The notes beneath the pieces are model-generated. The model did not search any database, was not told the DNA's origin, and worked only from the letters and a program-made list of their open reading frames with translations. DNA of 64,000 nucleotides from Minisyncoccota bacterium (GTDB lineage: Bacteria; Patescibacteriota; Minisyncoccia; Phycocordibacterales; UBA9973), in NCBI GenBank assembly GCA_041659205.1, contig JBAZYS010000003.1, forward strand, positions 3,266 through 67,265, in the 5' to 3' direction. Below, piece after piece: positions 1 through 8,978 of the stretch. Both the position numbers and the translations under genes were made by a program. Position 1 is the stretch's first letter, and each line of letters begins with the position of its first letter.

Positions 1-1
1 A

Positions 2-868
2 ATACCTACAACGGATGCATTAGAATTCTTAGTAGCCTTCAACAACGAGGATAACTATACAGTCTGGGTTGAAATAGCTACAGGCCTTTCTAGACTAGGA
101 CAGCTTATAGCGAAAACTCCCACAAAAGAAAAATTAGATAAACTCGTGTTGGAATTATTCTCCCCTGTCGCTTTAAGACTTGGCTGGAATAAAAAACTTG
201 CCCACCATGGCGGGGATGACGAACTTCATGCAGACACACTTCTCCGATCTCTTGCAATTTCTCGTGCTGGTGTCTCTGGAGACAAGAAAATAATTTCTGA
301 AGCTAGAAAGAAATTTTCACAAATACAAAAAGGCCACCAAGTATCACCAGATATCCGTGGTGCTGTATATTCGATAGTAGCCACCCATGGTGGAATAAAA
401 GAATACAATATATTAATAAAACAATATAAGAACGAAACACTTCATGAAGAGAAAAATCGTATCGGTAATGCTTTAGGAGATTTTTCTAATTCAAAGATTC
501 TAAAAATGGCTTGTGAGTTTGCATTGTCTAAAAATGTACGCATTCAAGACACTGTGGGCATTCTTTCAGGTGTCGGAGCTAACCCACATGGCCGCGATAT
601 ATGGTGGAATTTTATTCAAAAGAATTGGAAGACTCTTGTATCACGATATGGTGAAGGAGGGCTCACATTGGGCAGAGCCGTAAAAGCAATTTCTGGCAGT
701 AGTGAGGAAAAACATTTAAAAAATTTCAAGAAATTCTTCGCCAACCATGAAGCTCCAGGTGCCAAGCGCGCAATTGAACAAATTATAGAACGCCTAGAGA
801 GTAATGTTGCATGGTTAAAAAGAGATAAGAAGATTATTGAGAAATTTCTAAAAAATAAATCTTTTTAA
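2..868 (+). CDS. pepN: M1-family aminopeptidase (PepN-like), C-terminal ERAP1-like domain; 5'-truncated by the window edge
   Basis: Frame is open from base 2 (IPTTDALEFLVAFNNEDNYTVW...). Helical C-terminal motifs such as PDIRGAVY, GRDIWWNFIQKNW and IIERLESNVAW are typical of M1 peptidases. Confidence 0.85.
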   Translation: MPTTDALEFLVAFNNEDNYTVWVEIATGLSRLGQLIAKTPTKEKLDKLVLELFSPVALRLGWNKKLAHHGGDDELHADTLLRSLAISRAGVSGDKKIISEARKKFSQIQKGHQVSPDIRGAVYSIVATHGGIKEYNILIKQYKNETLHEEKNRIGNALGDFSNSKILKMACEFALSKNVRIQDTVGILSGVGANPHGRDIWWNFIQKNWKTLVSRYGEGGLTLGRAVKAISGSSEEKHLKNFKKFFANHEAPGAKRAIEQIIERLESNVAWLKRDKKIIEKFLKNKSF

Positions 869-1770
869 TTCATGTTCTCTCGTAACTGTGCAATTTTATA
901 AATACTAAATACGAGAACTAAAGCAGCTATCCATTGAGAAAATGATAACACTGTATGATTTACAACGAAATCCAATAAAATTGCTACAAAAGGAAATGTG
1001 AGCTCTAAGATAGTAGAAATATGCACAGGTGTTTTCGCAAGACCTTTGTAATAAATAAGAAGTGCAACCATTCCAGTAGAGATAGCAATAAGTAAAAGCA
1101 AACTAAATTGAGACGAAGTAGGGATAGCTAAAGAGCTACCATTTTTCCCAAAAAATAACATAAAAGGTAGAGCCATAATTATCGTAAATAGAAATCTGTA
1201 AAATGTACTAACTTTAAAATCAATATTCCCTAAAAGCATTTTCGAAAATGTAGTAGAAGATCCCCAAGCAAAAGCAGCGCCGAGAGCATAAAGAGCAGCT
1301 ATTACTGTCCCCTCTCCAGTTTGTAAATTAACAATACCATTTGGGAAAGTAACAAAATATGCTGAAATAAGTGCAAATAGTGCCCACTTAATGTACCTTT
1401 TATCTAATTTTTCTTTAAGAAAAATTCTAGCAGTTCCAATGGCAAATATTGGCTGAAGTTTCTGTAGAAGAAATACTACCGAAATAGAAATAAAATGAAC
1501 TTTGCCGAGAGCTGTCGTAAACCACAATGTCCCCAGAAGTCCGCTCAAGCCAGCAATCAATATAGCAAGCCACCATTCCCTTTTTGTAAGTTTTGTTTTC
1601 AAAATATATTGAAAAACAAAAGGAGACAAAATTATCAAACCAATCAAATGCTCAAAGAAAATTATGGTAATTGGTGGGAGTATATATAAACGTTGACGAA
1701 TAAGTCCGTCAAAAGCCCAAAGCAATGCCGCGATGATTATAAACATTGGACCAGTATAATTTTTTAGCAT
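865..1770 (-). CDS. DMT/EamA family transporter
   Basis: About 10 hydrophobic segments in two repeated halves, with AALLWA and AAFAWG motifs. Confidence 0.9.
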   Translation of the reverse strand: MLKNYTGPMFIIIAALLWAFDGLIRQRLYILPPITIIFFEHLIGLIILSPFVFQYILKTKLTKREWWLAILIAGLSGLLGTLWFTTALGKVHFISISVVFLLQKLQPIFAIGTARIFLKEKLDKRYIKWALFALISAYFVTFPNGIVNLQTGEGTVIAALYALGAAFAWGSSTTFSKMLLGNIDFKVSTFYRFLFTIIMALPFMLFFGKNGSSLAIPTSSQFSLLLLIAISTGMVALLIYYKGLAKTPVHISTILELTFPFVAILLDFVVNHTVLSFSQWIAALVLVFSIYKIAQLRENMN

Positions 1771-2093
1771 AAATCAATATCTTTTTTAATTTGTAAAATT
1801 AACTCTTCTTCTGTTTCAAAATTTTGATATTCTCTAATAAATTTATTAATTTCTAGAGTTACTATTTTTCCATACGCATCTCCACTACACCCTATCAAAT
1901 GCGCTTCGACTTTATCTCCTGGCCCGATTACAATCCCAGCTCGATATTTTTTTTCTTCTAAGATTGCAAGACCAGCATATACTCCATTCTTAGGAACTAC
2001 TTGATTTTTAACTTCTAAATTCGTCGTTGGAAAGCCAAGCTTTTTTCCATATCCATCCCCATGTACAACGATACCTTTAATTATATAATTCAT
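1764..2093 (-). CDS. Stand-alone riboflavin kinase (RibF C-terminal domain only)
   Basis: GIVVHGDGYGKKLGFPTTN, GVYAG, VEAHL and FIRE..F motifs; no FAD synthetase domain. Confidence 0.9.
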   Translation of the reverse strand: MNYIIKGIVVHGDGYGKKLGFPTTNLEVKNQVVPKNGVYAGLAILEEKKYRAGIVIGPGDKVEAHLIGCSGDAYGKIVTLEINKFIREYQNFETEEELILQIKKDIDLC

Positions 2094-3434
2094 TTAGATA
2101 GAAAATCTTTCGTCAATTCTCTCCATGTCTCTTGGGAACATCGAGGCTTCACGAACGTTTTTAAGTCCTAAAAGCTGCATAGTAATACGCTCAGATCCAA
2201 AAGCAAAACCACCTTCAGGTGGAACACCGTATTTGAATGCTTCCAAAAACATTTTAATTTTATTTGGATCCATCTTCCACAATTTCACATGTTCCATCAG
2301 CTGATCGTATTTATTTATTCTGCGTCCACCAGAGAGCCATTCAAGTCCGCGACAGAGCAAGTCCACTCCTTCGTTGAATTCCGGATTTTCTGGGTTTGGA
2401 TAAACATAAAAAGGTTTTTTTAACGTAGGATAACCATAGACGAAAACAAAGTCAGAACCTGTTTCTTTTTTTATAATTTCACAGATTTCTCTTTCATCTT
2501 GTGCATTTAAGTCTTTTTCTCCCCTTACGTCACGATTAAAGTTCTCGAATATTTTCTGCTGTGCCTCAACTAATGAAAGCGTCGGTGTCTTTTCTATCAT
2601 CACTGGAAGCTCTGCTTTTAAGAGTTTTAAATGGTCAGCATTTTTCTCTTTTACTTTTTCTAAAATAAACCTCACAGTTCCTTCTGCCATATCTCGAACA
2701 TCTTCCCATCCATCGATAAATGCCATTTCAGCATCGAGAGATACAACTTCTGTCAGATGTCTCGTGGTGGCACTTGGTTCAGCGCGGAAAATTTTATTTA
2801 CAGAAAAAACTCTCTCGAATGCCGTCATCACGATTTGTTTATAAAGCTGAGGAGATTGAGTAAGATACGCTTTTTTATCAAAATAATCAATTTGGAAAAC
2901 TTCACTTCCACCTTCTGCTACTGCGGGTGTGATGGAGGGAGCTTGAAATTCAAAAAACAAATTTTGTTTCATAAACTCTCTAAAAGAATCTATAATCGTT
3001 TCTTGCACCTTGAAGACTGCCTGAACCTTTGGGTGACGTAAAACGAGCGCGCGATTATCTAGCTCTGTGACTAAATCTAGATTATATCCGTCCAGAGACA
3101 TATCGAAAGGAAGTGATGCAGCTTCTCCTAGAATTTCTATATTTAAAACTTCGAGTTCAATGTCGCCATTTAATACGCCTTGTTTAATATTTTTCTCTGG
3201 ACGTTTATTTACTATTCCTGTCATTTTAAGAACCCATTCGAGCCTTACTTCTTTTGCTTTTTCAATAGCTTCTGCATGACTAGGTAATACTACACATTGA
3301 ACCTTACCCGTCATGTCGCGCATATCAAAAAATACCATTTTACCTTGATCACGCCTGACGTCCACCCATCCAGCGATGATGATCTCCTTGCCAACATTGT
3401 CCTTTAAATCCTTAATATAAATACGATTCTTCAT
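2094..3434 (-). CDS. aspS: Aspartyl-tRNA synthetase, short archaeal/non-discriminating type
   Basis: N-terminal OB fold, YLTQSPQLYKQ, FRAE...RHLTE and PPEGGFAFGSER; 446 aa with no GAD insert. Confidence 0.93.
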   Translation of the reverse strand: MKNRIYIKDLKDNVGKEIIIAGWVDVRRDQGKMVFFDMRDMTGKVQCVVLPSHAEAIEKAKEVRLEWVLKMTGIVNKRPEKNIKQGVLNGDIELEVLNIEILGEAASLPFDMSLDGYNLDLVTELDNRALVLRHPKVQAVFKVQETIIDSFREFMKQNLFFEFQAPSITPAVAEGGSEVFQIDYFDKKAYLTQSPQLYKQIVMTAFERVFSVNKIFRAEPSATTRHLTEVVSLDAEMAFIDGWEDVRDMAEGTVRFILEKVKEKNADHLKLLKAELPVMIEKTPTLSLVEAQQKIFENFNRDVRGEKDLNAQDEREICEIIKKETGSDFVFVYGYPTLKKPFYVYPNPENPEFNEGVDLLCRGLEWLSGGRRINKYDQLMEHVKLWKMDPNKIKMFLEAFKYGVPPEGGFAFGSERITMQLLGLKNVREASMFPRDMERIDERFSI

Positions 3435-3499
3435 CCTATTAGAAAATTAAAATAATAAACTCATTTTTTTCATACACGTCCGGTGATTTTCTAACAGGA
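3434..3499. repeat. 14-bp inverted repeat overlapping the aspS start
   Basis: TCCTATTAGAAAAT (3434-3447) and ATTTTCTAACAGGA (3486-3499); one mismatch that is a G-U pair on the minus-strand RNA. Confidence 0.75.
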
Positions 3500-3544
3500 C
3501 AGGTATAAAAGAATATTAACACGAAATTAATTATAAAAAAAGAC

Positions 3545-3574
3545 AAAAAAAAGCGGGCACCCAAGGTGCCCGCT
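3545..3574 (-). terminator. Rho-independent terminator after the small-ORF cluster
   Basis: AGCGGGCACC-caa-GGTGCCCGCT hairpin; the A-run on its left reads as a U-tract on the minus strand. Confidence 0.85.
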
Positions 3575-3594
3575 AACTTGATATTTCACACTCA

Positions 3595-3789
3595 CTACTT
3601 GACCAAGCGAACTGATTTCCTGCCCCTTGGAGGATTTAAGGGACACCTAATACGGGAAAGCTTGTTTGCCTCTTTTATGGCAAACATCCCGCACTTTGTA
3701 CACTCGAAGTGTATGTGGCCTTTTTCATCCTTAACACGGAGTACTTTTTCGTGTGACCCACACCTGAATACTCTCTTCCCCATACCCAT
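3595..3789 (-). CDS. Small Cys/His (zinc-ribbon-like) hypothetical protein, 64 aa
   Basis: CGSH...CTKC...C pattern, GGGAG SD-like sequence upstream, terminator downstream. Confidence 0.6.
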   Translation of the reverse strand: MGMGKRVFRCGSHEKVLRVKDEKGHIHFECTKCGMFAIKEANKLSRIRCPLNPPRGRKSVRLVK

Positions 3790-3863
3790 GGTAAAACTCC
3801 CAAAAAAAATTAAAGAGAAGTTTTGAAGTAGGTTCTAACCTATGTTAATGCTCAGGTTTTTGC

Positions 3864-4043
3864 TCAGGAATCGCTGAGCGCGGAAATGGTCTTACCGCAA
3901 TTGTGGCAAGTTGCCCTTCTTCCGATGCGGTTTACCCATATTGAACAGCAATATGTTTTTGACACGGGAATTTTGTACCAGTGAGGATCACTCCTAACTG
4001 CCTCTAAATCTTCGTTGTTAAGAACTACCGTTCCTTGACTCAT
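3864..4043 (-). CDS. Small Cys-rich hypothetical protein, 59 aa (not in the ORF track)
   Basis: Hand translation MSQGTVVLNNEDLEAVRSDPHWYKIPVSKTYCCSIWVNRIGRRATCHNCGKTISALSDS; AAGGA upstream; CC...CxxC pattern. Confidence 0.6.
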   Translation of the reverse strand: MSQGTVVLNNEDLEAVRSDPHWYKIPVSKTYCCSIWVNRIGRRATCHNCGKTISALSDS

Positions 4044-4063
4044 TCTTTAATCCTTATGTGTTT

Positions 4064-4324
4064 TTCCGGTGGCTGCCGGATCAGCTTTTATTAAATGGAA
4101 TTATTTGGCGGACAGTAGTGCCACAATCCGTCACAACTTCTTTTAATAAAGATAGGAGGGCCTTTGTCATAGAGTTCTTCATGACCAAAAGGTTCAATGA
4201 TCCACAAAGGAAGATCGAACATAGCCACTCCAGATGGTACTATCAGAACCTTACAAGTTTGCCAAGGCTGTAGACTCATCACCATTCTCCATTTTTTATT
4301 CCGGGGTCTGCCGGATCAGCTTTT
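4064..4324 (-). repeat. Two copies of a 26-bp hairpin-containing motif (4064-4089, 4299-4324)
   Basis: TTCCGG(TGG/GGT)CTGCCGGATCAGCTTTT, each copy upstream of a small minus-strand ORF. Confidence 0.85.
4091..4285 (-). CDS. Small hypothetical protein, about 62-64 aa
   Basis: GGAG SD directly upstream; same strand as neighbours; preceded by the repeated 26-bp motif. Confidence 0.5.
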   Translation of the reverse strand: MVMSLQPWQTCKVLIVPSGVAMFDLPLWIIEPFGHEELYDKGPPIFIKRSCDGLWHYCPPNNSI

Positions 4325-4407
4325 CTTCATTTTTCAAGTTACTGATCAATCCATTAAGAATGTAGTATTATGTCATATATTCAAGAAAAAACAAGCCTTT
4401 AAAAAAT

Positions 4408-4436
4408 AAAAAGTGGACGCTTTATAGGGCGTCCAC
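4408..4436 (-). terminator. Rho-independent terminator
   Basis: GTGGACGC...GCGTCCAC stem with a U-tract on the minus strand. Confidence 0.75.
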
Positions 4437-4448
4437 CAAGATATTGCA

Positions 4449-4895
4449 TTACTTTTTATTAGTGGAAATTTCATTTCCACATAAAAGACATTTGAAAGTG
4501 TCACGATGTAAAGCACTTTGTTTCAAATAGAATTCCTGTGTGACAGGCCAAAGCCCCGCTGAACTGAAATATTTATCTTTAATGTAAGTTCTACTACAAC
4601 CACACGGTAAATCAAGAAAATGATGAGGAACAGTTACTGTCTTACCATTCCGGCCCACGGTTACCATACCACTAAGCCAGTCTCGAAACCGAGCAAACGG
4701 TATATTATCTTTCACTTTCTCTAAAAAATGCCAGTGAGAAGGATTGCCATGCAGATTCCCAAAACCAGTCCCTACATAAGTAGGCCATGATTTTTCTATC
4801 TCCGACTTAGCTTTTTTATATTGCGGACACCGATCTCTCAGGCAGGATCCTTGTCCATCGTCCTTTCCCTCACAACATTTCACGATGAATTCCAT
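4449..4895 (-). CDS. Cys-rich hypothetical protein, 148 aa
   Basis: GGGAG SD; CC, CxxxxC, CxC and CxxC clusters; own terminator. Confidence 0.7.
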   Translation of the reverse strand: MEFIVKCCEGKDDGQGSCLRDRCPQYKKAKSEIEKSWPTYVGTGFGNLHGNPSHWHFLEKVKDNIPFARFRDWLSGMVTVGRNGKTVTVPHHFLDLPCGCSRTYIKDKYFSSAGLWPVTQEFYLKQSALHRDTFKCLLCGNEISTNKK

Positions 4896-4963
4896 TTCTT
4901 CTCCCTAAAAAAGTATTGCAAAGAGCCACTTGTGTAGGCAGGCTCGTTCTCCTTTTCAATTGT

Positions 4964-5133
4964 CAAAAAACAAAAACCAGTCCCTAGAGGGCTGGTTTTT
5001 GAGTTGTAGTTTTTTTAAGAGTTTTTACAGCGCAAATATCAGCCTTCTAATTTGAGGGCTGAAGAAATAACTATTTGACTGTATGGTATTTTTGTTCACA
5101 GATGCATTATATCATATGCTTTTAATGGTGCAA
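4964..5133 (-). promoter_or_regulatory. Candidate promoter plus leader-peptide transcription attenuator
   Basis: TTGCAC-16-TATAAT promoter, a 24-codon leader ORF (5099-5025), CAGCCCTC present twice with the complementary GAAGGCTG between the copies, then a terminator hairpin and U-tract. Confidence 0.6.
5025..5099 (-). CDS. Putative leader peptide MNKNTIQSNSYFFSPQIRRLIFAL
   Basis: GTG lies 6 nt after TATAAT, the leaderless spacing seen across this window; the ORF overlaps the attenuator segments. Confidence 0.5.
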   Translation of the reverse strand: MNKNTIQSNSYFFSPQIRRLIFAL

Positions 5134-5136
5134 ATT

Positions 5137-6087
5137 TTAGTAAATACTTACTCCAATCTTTACTCGGACTTCTTCCATTTTTGCAGAAGCAACTTTTTTT
5201 GCTTTTTCACCACCAGCTTTTAGGATTGCGAGTGCTTTTGGAATATCTTTTTCAAATTCTTTTCTTTTTTCGCGAAGTGGTGCAATAAATTTTTCTAAAT
5301 CTTCTATTAAAATTTCTTTTAGCTCTTTATACTTTCCTGCTTTCTCTTCATAAATTTTCTTTAATTCATTTTCAGGACGAACAAGTTTATGAATCGCATA
5401 TACATTTACTGGAAGCTCTCCACTTGAATCCGTCACTATGCTCATCACACATTTTTTAATTTCTTCATATTCTGCAAAGAGTGAGATAGTGTTACCATAA
5501 CTTTTAGACATCTTACGTCCGTCAAGTCCTGGAATATTTTCCATATCTTTCATGATAACTTCTTTTGGTAATTTGAAAGTTTCTCCAAATATTCTATTAA
5601 ACTTCTGTGCTGTATCTCTGGCGTATTCAACGTGCTGTTTTTGATCTTGACCAACTGGAATAATGTCTGGACCATAGAGTAAAATATCTGCTGCCATTAA
5701 CATAGGATAGTTAAAGGTTCCCACATTTACTTCTTTACCTTTTGCAATAGCATCTTTGTAGGCATGAGCACGTTCCAAATATGGCACAGTGGTGATAGTG
5801 TCAAAAATCCAAGCAAGTTCTGTGTGCTCCTGAACGTCAGACTGTTTAAATAATGTAACCTTTTCTGGGTCGAGGCCAATGGCCAAATAATCTAACAAAA
5901 TATCCGTTATATTTTGTTGCATTTCTTTTTTGTTTTGGATGAAATTTAAAGCATGATAATCAGCTATAAAAATGTAGCTTTCATACTCATTGGCCAAATC
6001 TACGAACTGTTTCATGGCGCCAAAATAATTGGCAATACTTACCTTGCCGGTTGGTTTTACGCCTGATAATAATATCTTTTTTGACAT
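5137..6087 (-). CDS. trpS: Tryptophanyl-tRNA synthetase
   Basis: SGVKPTG, YPMLMAADIL, PVGQDQKQH and KMSKS motifs. Confidence 0.97.
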   Translation of the reverse strand: MSKKILLSGVKPTGKVSIANYFGAMKQFVDLANEYESYIFIADYHALNFIQNKKEMQQNITDILLDYLAIGLDPEKVTLFKQSDVQEHTELAWIFDTITTVPYLERAHAYKDAIAKGKEVNVGTFNYPMLMAADILLYGPDIIPVGQDQKQHVEYARDTAQKFNRIFGETFKLPKEVIMKDMENIPGLDGRKMSKSYGNTISLFAEYEEIKKCVMSIVTDSSGELPVNVYAIHKLVRPENELKKIYEEKAGKYKELKEILIEDLEKFIAPLREKRKEFEKDIPKALAILKAGGEKAKKVASAKMEEVRVKIGVSIY

Positions 6088-6201
6088 ATTTATATATTAT
6101 CATACTTCAATAAATTCAGCATAAATAATTGTCCACATTTTAGTAACATCTTTGCCCACTTTTCGACTTTGACAATTATTCTACTGTGCTAGAATGGCTT
6201 C

Positions 6202-7608
6202 ATGGTAAAAGTAATAAATAGCATTAAGAAAAATAGTAACCTTCGCATTCCACCTCAAAGCATCCCTTCTGAGCAGGCAGTCTTGGGTTCAATCATGCTC
6301 CGTAAAGATGCAATTCACGAAGTTGAAGATATGATAAATTCAGACTCTTTTTATGTCGAAAAACATAAAAAGATTTTTCAAGCGATGCTTGACCTATCAT
6401 TGAAAAATGAACCAATAGACATGCTCTCACTCTCTACAAAACTTGGAGAAAAAAAACTCCTTGAAGTTGTCGGTGGCAATCAATATTTAGCAGAAATAGT
6501 AAACGTTGTTCCCTCTTCTACAAATATAAAACACTATGCGGACATAGTTCAGAAAAAATATGTCTTAAGGAGTTTGATTGATGCTGCAGACTACGTCTCT
6601 GAGCTCGCTTTCGAAGAAGGTGATGACCACATGGATGATATTTTAGACATGGCAGAAAAGAAAATTTTCAGTGTAGTATCTAGTCCCAAAAATCAAAAAT
6701 ACGTAAACTTAAAAGATGCCCTACCTGAAGCTTATGAACGTTTAGAAAAATTACATGAAACGAAAGGTATGCTTCGTGGACTTGCTACTGGATTTAAAGA
6801 ATTAGATACCATGCTCTCTGGTCTCCAGAAGTCGGACTTGATTATTTTGGCTGCTCGGCCAAGCATGGGTAAAACTACCCTTGCATTAGACATCGCCCGC
6901 ATGTCAGGAGTCCTACATGAAAAATCTATTCTAATATTTTCGCTAGAAATGTCATCTCAACAGCTTGTCGACAGAATGCTTTCTGCTGAATCCCGTGTGA
7001 ACGCTTGGAATCTACGTACTGGGCGCCTATCTTCTGATCATGAATTTTCACAAATACGAGATTCACTAGACAAGCTCGCAAAAGCTCAAATTTACATCGA
7101 TGATCAGCCTGGAAATTCAATTGTTAAAATGAAAGCTCTTTCCCGCAGACTTAAGGCTGAAAAAGGTCTCGATCTTATCGTCGTCGACTACTTGCAACTG
7201 ATGACTACTTCGAAAAATTATGATTCGATGGTAAACCAAGTTACAGAAATTTCTAGGTCTCTAAAATCACTTGCAAAAGAATTAGATGTTCCCGTATTGG
7301 CCTTATCTCAGCTTTCCCGTGCAGTGGAGTCTCGTGGTGGCAAGCCTCGCCTCTCAGACCTTCGAGACTCAGGCTCTATCGAACAAGATGCTGACGTTGT
7401 TATGTTTATTCACCGAGAAGACAGAGGTAAGGATGAATCTGAGAAAACAAACATTGCAGAAATCTTGATTGAAAAACACAGAAATGGACCAACTGGGAAA
7501 GTGGACCTATACTTCGATGAAAAAACTACAACATTCTTAAACCTTGAAAAAAGTAACCTAAGCGAATTTGCTCCGTCGAAAATAGGTGGAGAACTAGATG
7601 AATTCTAA
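6202..7608 (+). CDS. dnaB: Replicative DNA helicase
   Basis: AARPSMGKT, VVDYLQL, LSQLSR and LRDSGSIEQDAD motifs. Confidence 0.98.
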   Translation: MVKVINSIKKNSNLRIPPQSIPSEQAVLGSIMLRKDAIHEVEDMINSDSFYVEKHKKIFQAMLDLSLKNEPIDMLSLSTKLGEKKLLEVVGGNQYLAEIVNVVPSSTNIKHYADIVQKKYVLRSLIDAADYVSELAFEEGDDHMDDILDMAEKKIFSVVSSPKNQKYVNLKDALPEAYERLEKLHETKGMLRGLATGFKELDTMLSGLQKSDLIILAARPSMGKTTLALDIARMSGVLHEKSILIFSLEMSSQQLVDRMLSAESRVNAWNLRTGRLSSDHEFSQIRDSLDKLAKAQIYIDDQPGNSIVKMKALSRRLKAEKGLDLIVVDYLQLMTTSKNYDSMVNQVTEISRSLKSLAKELDVPVLALSQLSRAVESRGGKPRLSDLRDSGSIEQDADVVMFIHREDRGKDESEKTNIAEILIEKHRNGPTGKVDLYFDEKTTTFLNLEKSNLSEFAPSKIGGELDEF

Positions 7609-7613
7609 AAAAT

Positions 7614-8222
7614 ATGGACATCATAGAAAAATTAACTGAAGTTTTTAAAGAATTCCCCGGCATAGGTGAACGCCAAGCCAGACGTTTTGTTTATTTCTTG
7701 ATGTCTCGGAATCCTGCTTATAGTGAAAATTTATCTAAATTTATTTTAGAATTAAAAAAAGAAATAACTCAATGCAAAGAATGCTTTAGATTTTTTATTT
7801 TAAAAAAAGATGAAAAAATCTGTGACATTTGTTCTGGTGTAAACACAGATTCATCAACTCTCATGATTGTAGAAAAAGATTCTGATTTCGAAAGTATCAG
7901 AAAAAGTGGTATTTATCATGGAAAATATTTTATTTTGGGTGGACTTGTACCTATCGTCGAGAAGACTACCAAAAGTAGAGTTAGGATTGAAGAATTAAAA
8001 AAGAAAATTTCATCCAGTAACGACCTTAAAGAAATAATTTTAGCATTTTCTATAAGCCCCCAAGGTGACCATACGGACCAATACGTTCGAGAACAATTAA
8101 AAGATATTACAGAAAAAAATAACGTTAAAATTTCTTCTCTCGGTAAAGGTCTATCCACAGGAACCGAGCTAGAATACTCCGACAACGACACGCTTAAAAA
8201 CGCTCTAAAAAATAGACAATAA
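7614..8222 (+). CDS. recR: Recombination mediator RecR
   Basis: PGIG HhH motif, C4 zinc finger, Toprim domain and GTELEY. Confidence 0.95.
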   Translation: MDIIEKLTEVFKEFPGIGERQARRFVYFLMSRNPAYSENLSKFILELKKEITQCKECFRFFILKKDEKICDICSGVNTDSSTLMIVEKDSDFESIRKSGIYHGKYFILGGLVPIVEKTTKSRVRIEELKKKISSSNDLKEIILAFSISPQGDHTDQYVREQLKDITEKNNVKISSLGKGLSTGTELEYSDNDTLKNALKNRQ

Positions 8223-8249
8223 AAAAAGGTTCGGACGAATCCGAACCTT
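8221..8249 (-). terminator. Terminator between convergent genes
   Basis: AAGGTTCGGA-cgaa-TCCGAACCTT hairpin with an A-run. Confidence 0.8.
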
Positions 8250-8283
8250 AATAGATAGACAACATTTGGTGAACGAAAAGTGT

Positions 8284-8388
8284 TTAGCTTTTTTTATTTC
8301 TCCATTTTCGGACAAGATATACTAGCAATAGAAAACCCGTTCCTCCGAAAATGACAATCATGCCAGCAATGAGTATATTTCTCTCCAT
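8284..8388 (-). CDS. 34-aa single-TM micro-protein (not in the ORF track)
   Basis: AGGAGG SD; MERNILIAGMIVIFGGTGFLLLVYLVRKWRNKKS is a TM helix with a basic tail. Confidence 0.6.
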   Translation of the reverse strand: MERNILIAGMIVIFGGTGFLLLVYLVRKWRNKKS

Positions 8389-8409
8389 GATTTACCTCCT
8401 TGCAAAATC

Positions 8410-8832
8410 TTACTGAAGACCCTTTTCGATTGGTGTTCCATTTTGTGATGGATTGCGTCCTGTCATGAGGACGAAGGCCGCATGATTCCAGACAACATTA
8501 GTCGGGTAGTACTTGATGACTTCTTTCGCTTGAGCAGCAGCAGTCTTGATATCCATTTGCACAGGTCCAATACTGCGCCCAGGTATCACAAAATGGATTA
8601 AACCGTTGCCACAACAATGCTCCACCATCATGAAGTTCCCGTCCTGGAAACGGACGATGTCGCCTTGTTCGACGCTCTGGAGGGCACGCGTGATTTCTTT
8701 ATTTCCAACATCTTTTTGCGGTGGTACCATGTAGATCAAAAGCACCACAAGTAAAAGAGCAAATCCCAATACGATAGTAAGGAATGTCTTAGGATACTTA
8801 ACGACGCGTCCAGCAATATAATCCGAGTACAT
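8410..8832 (-). CDS. Membrane-anchored hypothetical protein
   Basis: N-terminal TM helix; AAAGGA SD favours the MYSDY start; TTGACA-17-TATTGT promoter upstream. Confidence 0.7.
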   Translation of the reverse strand: MYSDYIAGRVVKYPKTFLTIVLGFALLLVVLLIYMVPPQKDVGNKEITRALQSVEQGDIVRFQDGNFMMVEHCCGNGLIHFVIPGRSIGPVQMDIKTAAAQAKEVIKYYPTNVVWNHAAFVLMTGRNPSQNGTPIEKGLQ

Positions 8833-8978
8833 GTTGTTTCCTTTCATTTAAGTTGTCGAGTAACGACCCCATATTACCCGATGGCAATACAAGCGTTCAG
8901 CCCATACAATACAAAGAAAATTTACTTCTGTCAAGAGTAAATATTAATAAAAAAATCACCATTTACGTGGTGATTTTT

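Noticed and set aside
6129-6137. DnaA-box-like TTGTCCACA upstream of dnaB as a replication origin
   Set aside because: A single one-mismatch box cannot support an oriC call; at most it is a regulatory site.
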